DNA of 64,000 nt from Candidatus Omnitrophota bacterium. Lineage in GTDB: Bacteria; Omnitrophota; Gorgyraeia; Gygaellales; Profunditerraquicolaceae. How positions within the stretch are numbered: position 1 is the stretch's first letter; every line of letters begins with the position of its first letter. The translations under genes were made by a program, and so were the position numbers. The notes beneath the pieces are model-generated. The model ran no database searches. It saw only the letters and a program-made list of their open reading frames with translations, and was not told where the DNA came from. Location: positions 19,388-83,387 of the forward strand of contig JAKQWZ010000019.1 of NCBI GenBank assembly GCA_029561735.1, read 5' to 3'. Shown here one piece after another: positions 62,401-64,000 of this stretch.

Positions 62401-64000
62401 GCAAATTTCAGGCGTCATAGTTGCCATCGGCCCGCCCACAGCAATAAGCAACTCTGGGAACCGCTTACGGATATGCGCTAATAATATCTGCATCTCATCA
62501 AGCCCGGCAGCATAAACAGTAAATCCGAGAAGAGACGGATTTGCTTTTTCAATAGCCGCGTCAATTTCAGTGAATAAAAACTTACCTTGATTTTTTTGTA
62601 TCCCCGCACAGGTTATTTCTGTAGGTATACCTGCTTTGCGCAAACTAGAGCCAAGATAATGGCTTGAGACTGAAATAGCACCCTGGTCCCTTCTATCACG
62701 AGAGAATACGGGATTGGAGAATAAAAGCACTTTGCTTTCTACTCCGGGCATAGCTAGATTACCGGCAACCCCTACTCTTGTTTCCTTTAACGCTTCTTTT
62801 GCTTGGTTAATATAAATCCTTTGCTCCTGCCTACTTAAATAAAGAAATTCCTGCTGCAGGCGGACGATCAAACGCGGATTATCCCATGAAATATCTTTCG
62901 CTATCTCTATAACTTCTTGTAGCGACTGAGAAGATCCGATATAAATGACACCGCCGCTTATTACCCTACTCTTAATCTCATCTTTAAAGATAACTTCCAT
63001 CGAGCGGATCAGCCTAAAATATGCCTGCGAAGGTATCTCTATCAATTCCGGATTAAAGGCAAGCCACTTGCCGGAACATCCTACCGGCTCCATAATAATT
63101 TTCCCCTCGTCATCAACCACAGGGATTCTTCTTATTGGTTCGCGGATCTCCTCACAAGCTGTGCCATCTTCTATTGCCGGCCCGCCGCCGTAATTTATCG
63201 GGCCGTCATAAGGTCCAACATCCGGCCTTGAGCCGCCTTCCGGATTATCCACAACGTAGGGGACTGTTCCTGCCTGCCGGCAGGCAGGTAAACCTCCCCT
63301 GCGGCTGTTAATAACTTCGAAATCCGGCGCGCCGGTAGGCGGCATTTGCTCCAGCACTTGCGGGCTTCCCAACTTATTGCTTATCCAGACATAATAATAA
63401 CGGATAAAACCGCAAAGCTCATAAAGATTGGCAGCAATTTCTCCCCAGCCGTAAAGATGCGCTGGCTCGTGAAATCTTTGTTTAGTATATTGAAGATTTT
63501 CCGGCAAATGCTTAAAGGCAGGGTCACAGAATATATGCGATATTCCTTCGTGGATAATTGATTGACTGACAGGCATAAACAGATACTTGATAATCAGCTT
63601 AACTTGCTCCAGCGGAGGGCCGCGCAAGCCATATTCTTTAATCATTGCTCTTAAAGTAAAAAGCCCGTTATACTGAAAATATATACTTGCGGCAAATATA
63701 GCCAAACCAATAATCCAGCCGTAGGCCAGTCCGATAAAAGATAAACTCAACAGATAAAGCGCACCTGCCAATGCCAGCGCTGCGGCAGCATTGGAAGGCA
63801 TAGATTGTGGCTGCCTACCTTGAGCCGGGTAATTTTTCAAATGGCTAAACATCAGAGAATATTTTGACCATAAGCGCAGGATAATTTTTACCGGGCCTTG
63901 GCCGCCGGATTTATATAATTTCCCGTCAATATATACTTGCCAATAAGCACCTGAATATTCTAATTCGGCTATATATTTATAATCCACTTCATTTTTCCAT
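47482..64000 (-). CDS. Giant multidomain membrane protein (>5,500 aa), 5' end outside window
   Basis: Single stop-free frame, still open beyond GTG 63987 (..W-K-N-E-V) to the edge. Contains B12/radical SAM, two class I methyltransferases, ECF-like and SigH-like sigma domains, SecA-like fragment, kinase, HExxH motifs, PRTase-like motif and several TM hairpins. Confidence 0.9.
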   Translation of the reverse strand, partial: WKNEVDYKYIAELEYSGAYWQVYIDGKLYKSGGQGPVKIILRLWSKYSLMFSHLKNYPAQGRQPQSMPSNAAAALALAGALYLLSLSFIGLAYGWIIGLAIFAASIYFQYNGLFTLRAMIKEYGLRGPPLEQVKLIIKYLFMPVSQSIIHEGISHIFCDPAFKHLPENLQYTKQRFHEPAHLYGWGEIAANLYELCGFIRYYYVWISNKLGSPQVLEQMPPTGAPDFEVINSRRGGLPACRQAGTVPYVVDNPEGGSRPDVGPYDGPINYGGGPAIEDGTACEEIREPIRRIPVVDDEGKIIMEPVGCSGKWLAFNPELIEIPSQAYFRLIRSMEVIFKDEIKSRVISGGVIYIGSSQSLQEVIEIAKDISWDNPRLIVRLQQEFLYLSRQEQRIYINQAKEALKETRVGVAGNLAMPGVESKVLLFSNPVFSRDRRDQGAISVSSHYLGSSLRKAGIPTEITCAGIQKNQGKFLFTEIDAAIEKANPSLLGFTVYAAGLDEMQILLAHIRKRFPELLIAVGGPMATMTPEICAAQLPEANIVFAGEAEIVFPGMLKIMGSHSVPSRILTELLELGGFIFRQGNVLIDCASGQPNRLSVEELTNLELDYSFLDLTNTPPIILQLMTSRGCNRGCVFCSAVHGKHVRAMPPEAVIRELKRFAEYAQTHGIDIENFCVVDFVDDDFFLAECGERGLEILRKWASDPGLAKLRVRHIQTSDNVFLEKHSDAAGKVQNEINTDFVQKLHALYGENNYIFSEMGLAIGTDAFTDEELARQNKGYKFEDILKVVVCLRHLGIPSIQYLILTNIDTRLKDVLETIRNLAVAVDDRSFKEKTRLVILNGASEHRQDLTEGVIELMRGSQDANYILVNPGSVSSEDIDALRRVSRIVMPALEGGLGPISPQVISFPGTRMHERIIRRGLGELSGLDSNAFICEDFPEYNFSYSAGDKPLYLPLMIASGECLMREEESLRFLHLVMDANQYAKAFCYVGETVEHLLQEANINDDVLEAACAYFKFGKSLVDSGLLDSRQYYAVLFPAFVAGRNRGLRSDIDEFVALETENFAYWQGVIKEESIVAPETEEPVKPVVDEVWRSVHAMRQYGRRNDPEYRKFYSSQQYIEGLGAVFQSGKLSGKMKTLRGVRGEDGYNEIHGVNFYNIISAMIKYFNASAENPLRILDIGCGRAVALEEIKEVFGDKIFVVGTTLRNFSSQQRSEELRGKGIHVVCADSQNLPFAYDSFHIVMSTYALPYVYDPVIAFEEAHRILQVDGISSLHFDPRKILNSRNTDNSAIVTSVDYDRIIDFLNKQCRAVGIKTVEAKDAHFILQMTKLPGEPQIIFPLCFRERVGSIDLDKGYSIYEQVFYTHPSEVISSITSEGGSRPDVAPYDGPINYGGGPDLARVQIEDDKIGFKSEAARQEVQRFINEDCKKGLNTYLMGTAFTFAAGFGFRLEELEIELADLEVVFLKCCRNFKCLSSFKTIIYASIHNLIYNAVKKRRREALVVDLPYNEAMGSPKSEAQLYDELTPAQADTFASDMACAEQVLAIQDIIRSLPSERREVVALAMQGYNLREIAGLLGVSVPTVKGRFYRANLTINRRMAKLWPGWGNQSSGKQFSFSPQEFAKTIRSLMRDNPDDLWKGMGCLGFVAIGWPGSLSEWLVILAITWIAISVIYVSCVLVKEARYARQKRNEFKARSGYTDMQIKYFEGLLAKYFYKGRAHLTDKELLSIYYFVLDRDSQQALHLYSQIIEEGKQLSERAAQVTNVPAAKSGMPFLLVLPFAGMLDGFYSGGLEQFWKSVQPHAPPAGAAELIAIVGLAVLAMLVIAGFFQKKPNVIGSAVPKVVAPVTEDGTVFASEYIWPEDLKEQAQFILALREKLLQGISENQLKREIELLKEEFKDIKSKDIPPELVGRTFSIAAEVIRRQAGYIISPDQIVEALLVWPTRIGEYHWHCLDEIIFSILDVSIAATELVICNINYLDQQSWKNVKRVYSYLGIDISDKFKCQANSLSVQVRKFIYKLFGWPMDLVGFLGIAPGSWGGWERGRNWREHNDIEEKILSQNERIKELAQSTNYWQHTAAADYGGKYNLLNIMLVGRIHPGLDSRIGVKSFTLVLLFGLGVFCLYHCNYSIVFYLLGAIALRNLIYLAKYYCDGSSFARGFEGETIEEFSRCGYLFMRGFQYRAIVKEAAAYPWYHYIFGIPRKLHLIYLIIDEEKEFFESGLKVAKEGRAISQDLYEELLARVVTHSDLIEANGNIEKLLEQRGIVEQGKSRINWAPLFRFVVLPLLVLLFIASPAFSIPLVTCNLPLATSFAGLIAIAGLALWKLSGGGSNNSVPVSARESAETEPKCGAIGKYESIEIESLEILPDDQVIIKAMIRRFGAKQKEEATIHGIRAPPERFADFTRIGISDIDSALEIILVDITEDPRSLLIEIDRSLDIPGFAAMYDGAPVVGLHSSIFDNPLAQFHELGHAANAAELITADEILAFVTDQRFYEQKLEENGFTPENVPESVKCHYALRALQHQVFHGHDEIFHRVISLHKEAKELSCWPELFTRVKDWFYRLSGKIRTAVSEKPMQVILLGVVLIFFTQLSPEGTPLKVISEPSLLAVCLIAVIATSCSKFTFLDSGEDIAVSSFAQKHPGILNLFIDMQNLRELIHLGSELRQEYPPEISAKDPRPPLQYALDNGIYTHLFGDVYMTPITESFRRMIIFIMQSGVVTDAMEFKMTGDMFEYGRHLLSESDFDVSADLVNNFGANAGVTLPIFKLVNTDCVIDAFGRQIVYTAQGPLVITAFEYQDAKRLENIRPDMLDFEQAQSVSEQVLSILARLHALGWINSRMKTSVLGNGTITAPRSDMHKGNFRLIREPDGKLKIMHVADFGLAFKDIGLAQEQMYLEDDDTIHSEVFPMIDDLMGYFRYPAVPPHNIPAFNPAYRNKRAELERFYAEEFWAAKAVADNLLLDSKGRIGVIAAVVVGLLALAALLFGRELVASLGTVLNSLTEAFLSGTPLKVISEPSLLVGLPVLFGLVQNGSVVPVITDQELSREIIRIVTNPQASVKGLRPVWRETLKLYYLEALTEEQIAANFELERVQNIAAYRCDGVKAVARALGEAKSRVYQILESELDKKIIGPVLTKDRLADLPKYLGQIIVELEAVIAGGWVIDGLKFTKDNTAILKAYFVDKQNMPAIMQAMDKTKDSVFSMRNVAAKNLVKLLEKYGVDADKVRAILADMAPVRIYSSSGQRKSGWHISGVGRALKSLEVRKLEIEAEMQPQVFETHTGLDFIAQSPGEWEEEIRRDADNAVAEFKKAKEVERLAQKEASKAARISRQQERAEQKARLERRRREAIVAKHQQMMWKQYVAYVVRRQIGLTLEAEAMAAEANQPAESALSDVELVQAEKQLANDEVALFIEAGRKKERRDILRRITRRSNELNGFGESEEDILEKHRWIARIEAVKTHRDYPGLETDELIVLCEERMDQALRSGRYDHNKGSLAKYLRGAAQNAMRSAIKSYLRDPNNLSLNGYRFEDDSEEIGDQLPDPPAEDAFMHSINQEVLRQLIAAANLSPIERLAFELKARMGDSYAEAAETLKVGVKKIDNALQRAKTKIIKALQSSAGESGLLAGILILALLSLLVHHHSSFGLFVSPVFCLGALLGQEKATQQATPWRKESIIELARLDRMIQEGKTEELLAECLNRALYCVDNFIAAGAIAPDNWEDFIHRAMVRIYHRQPEGTEQEDLVSLPVAIGAMPEKIFTDFIQKRQFTLWRKIPERAQKRFIELAAAELGKLPGQFKSEDYRKPIAILGNRQLSGLFSYYARQHQPATPDEINRLIMKKLGIKQQGLSFSEWVEKVKSGMLHCWSEAPLDIQREFVEEAAKERGKLSFQVMVYNFVAPLKLLAGKSLGGMLTYYCRRYPELSRPEVVLKIKEVLGIKEHPVSAEEWIRFFIRQKHFDKWEQVPLDVQRYFIELALKHKKKDAGELSSTDFTLKVKALGNKSLMSLWKYYRKQYPKESAADVLAHIKERIGLNQNLTLDYFVKKLSKGRINRWDNVPEDIQIGFIRLLVEELGRPVEKLADFSVPIKRCAGKTLGGLLMHYRLKEKTSRGMPVGLQRLIDLAQPRFGVGHAFANDGAFFTNTSWRLGAGEDSRMCVRIARHKLWQQGAIELAVYENDLSGAADKLLFSVEDDEDGELWIKRSLTARPKIWRYPFEVYHKLGGNTQIKAYYELRSGDFIFVLIPGSDIEQVRQLENSYTIKYSEKRYGVGHAFANDPAFFEGQEATSSDRAIGIELGFGNGKAAIQRAINNPDIDYYLIEVDQYLVEKLQTEADKLGIKNIHIFHGDSLRVLQGQIEPSTADFVIVQFPNLNGDDAVFKYTSRKKPTESFYANLNGILAVLKPGGKLYLETEYARLVRDLKNAGRKLGLRYSDARKSEFFVQQHAASFYHDMFTQDKVRIYYSLFEKPLPAPAVDFQKAVERVRVDHNLDNWQEVKPYLAELLKRFIDPGSKEAAEIVKKIKGYSINSMRNYMLRQRNCIALAELINISLYLSLLYPVLHSHHWFIFYVMTIVSGMFSWFSLDYVIDTQKEINNLPDCMINGQHSRYGKYISLQDHWQKHTFCHEAGHFLECALGLCDSDTNNCFATCFAVLASGWVRQGDNYEQGSNFGSTLVGLPQEEAIKRVREYILAFNPQGTELIEVEEVEGKIGYCLGEQLAGMIRKIYPQQDPDAFDFLINVFRGIDPGPEPLLMIPSCPGVQCLEIKQEETKSQLYLLDEEIKLARFSRGSAYRRWQLEGLIAHSAADAGNVNDVAIDLSRQTKKSVLVIGMARSGVPYVWAIDQWWQQLENPEQAKLEFDRLAAQLSQQRRIPLKQAEFILAQEWLDEGKIEYYLDTTIEVLPSLHESEADLIFMDKWAEIVAQSTVNLLFVDDSMGGDGLMDTTYKEVDCWEQIPYPASFKYLLRNLFPLIHLRFNRSNWRGRVCQRYFYVSGENRLAIPWQKDDFTIVMLRAGRSFSYELGKDRPCDDPCSLGCHNLWWNNIDSIFGDEINRLRYPKRQFEYNVYVNTSIGRMYLHHYIELEFKELSGWFERNNTDLLTYAFEIGYIKGGTPACRQGRVLKSLTEVSPDKGQSPLSAQQNDTAGTVPTAIEDLGGTYPAEGKRPEPPADGGCGAPRRSKPNGSGSGFPRQNEKEGSVMPKSQVKDGLTIPTDEDIDQMIINSADINMQPCCINHDLTNALVQLCLDNPLLIERVASRLLVILGSNPDRLVKNAIAEIVIMMLWLSFKTNNPAFAIKFVSDKDLPFLELLKEAFNIYADMTTAQWGTTLTGHDTNLGEGFIMRALNRNVYLIEHNNRFVAVAGAILTTSDNSLYLSISTFCQNFYERVKTWCKIVDWAAQQAGQGNYVALRYPLTKPQLSLLLHCQARGIFEYVETVIADVEDAMKFNSSGQDWQRIESRGRMPVELAPACNLFVRGKVGTVLKSLTEVSPSKGQSPSSPEVNNGSSGTVPVGRIR
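47500..47596. repeat. Composite REP module 1 inside the giant ORF
   Basis: AGGGACTGTCCCC-N28-AAGGGGACTGTCCCTTA-N3-GGGGACACTTCTGTGAGGGATTTCAGAACCGTCCCT. Positions 47561-47595 match the reverse complement of 29099-29133 at 34/35. Confidence 0.92.
48589..48703. repeat. Composite REP module 2 with nested 21-nt palindrome
   Basis: AGGGACTGTCCCC-N25-AAGGGGACTGTCCCTTA-N3-GGGGACACTTCTGTGAGAGATTTCAGAAC[CCTGCCTTGCCGGCAGGCAGG]CGTCCCT. Confidence 0.92.
51205..51652. repeat. 28-bp exact direct repeat pair (51205-51232 and 51625-51652)
   Basis: GTCATTGGCAAATGCGTGGCCTACACCG twice, 420 bp apart; encodes GVGHAFAND. Confidence 0.9.
51715..52760 (-). repeat. Four tandem ~94-aa protein repeats in the giant ORF
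   Basis: W..[IAV]P...Q..F[IV]..(G.K.L.GL..YY) pattern four times at ~282-bp period. Confidence 0.75.
54961..55037. repeat. Inverted REP doublet (REPIN-like) inside the giant ORF
   Basis: TAGGGACGGTTCTGAAATTACCTTCAAAGGTGTCCCC-GAC-AGGAACGCTTCTGTGAGGGAATTCAGAACCGTCCCTA. Confidence 0.9.
56192..56227. repeat. Single REP inside the giant ORF
   Basis: AGGGACGGTTCTGAAATTACCTTCAAAGGTGTCCCC, identical (36/36) to 54962-54997. Confidence 0.92.
57078..57112. repeat. Degenerate heptamer tandem repeat (5 units)
   Basis: AAGTGGC AAGTGGC AAGTTGC AAGTTAC AAGTGGG. Confidence 0.7.
59817..63240. repeat. 64-bp direct repeat pair (59817-59880 and 63177-63240)
   Basis: 59/64 identical, 3360 bp apart; both encode EGGSRPDV[AG]PYDGPINYGGGP. 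Confidence 0.92.
63258..63300. repeat. Perfect 20-bp palindrome abutting a GGGGACTGT half-site
   Basis: AGGGGACTGTT[CCTGCCTGCCGGCAGGCAGG]TAAACCTCCCCT; palindrome at 63269-63288; the region encodes LPACRQAGTVP. Confidence 0.88.

Noticed and set aside
59817-63240. Repeat pairs as a diversity-generating retroelement TR/VR
   Set aside because: No reverse transcriptase in the window, mismatches are not adenine-specific, and both copies are coding linkers.
63985-63987. GTG as the start of the giant gene
   Set aside because: The frame stays open to position 64000 and there is no SD; the start lies outside the window.

Overview
Gene-dense bacterial chromosome segment. Every credible gene is on the minus strand except one small HUH (RAYT/IS200-like) transposase. 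The gene content suggests Candidatus Omnitrophota (inference only). Left to right: (1) trehalose operon (treT, DUF5752-like, otsB, membrane-anchored otsA) under a candidate Na+/Li+ riboswitch; (2) nadE; (3) 12-gene group 4 energy-converting [NiFe]-hydrogenase operon with an ANTAR-type attenuator directly downstream of a GAF-ANTAR gene; (4) aminotransferase and Lrp; (5) pho/pst locus with two PstB copies that are degenerate in complementary motifs; (6) QueG-like gene and mnmG; (7) RAYT transposase inside 60-bp inverted REP arms; (8) apgM and nrdJ with NrdR boxes; (9) sugar ABC / clan GH-A glycosidase / CBM cluster; (10) tandem PilZ gene; (11) the 3' part of a giant ORF (>5,500 aa, open to the window edge). 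Main finding: near-identical copies of the RAYT's REP hairpin, and a second palindrome family, sit in frame inside the giant gene. Four pairs of in-frame direct repeats, two of them REP-derived, each bracket one protein module (radical SAM + methyltransferase, kinase, a 140-aa unit, the C-terminal domain). This suggests repeat-guided shuffling of domain cassettes in a giant polyprotein. All domain calls are by eye from motifs; no database searches were run.
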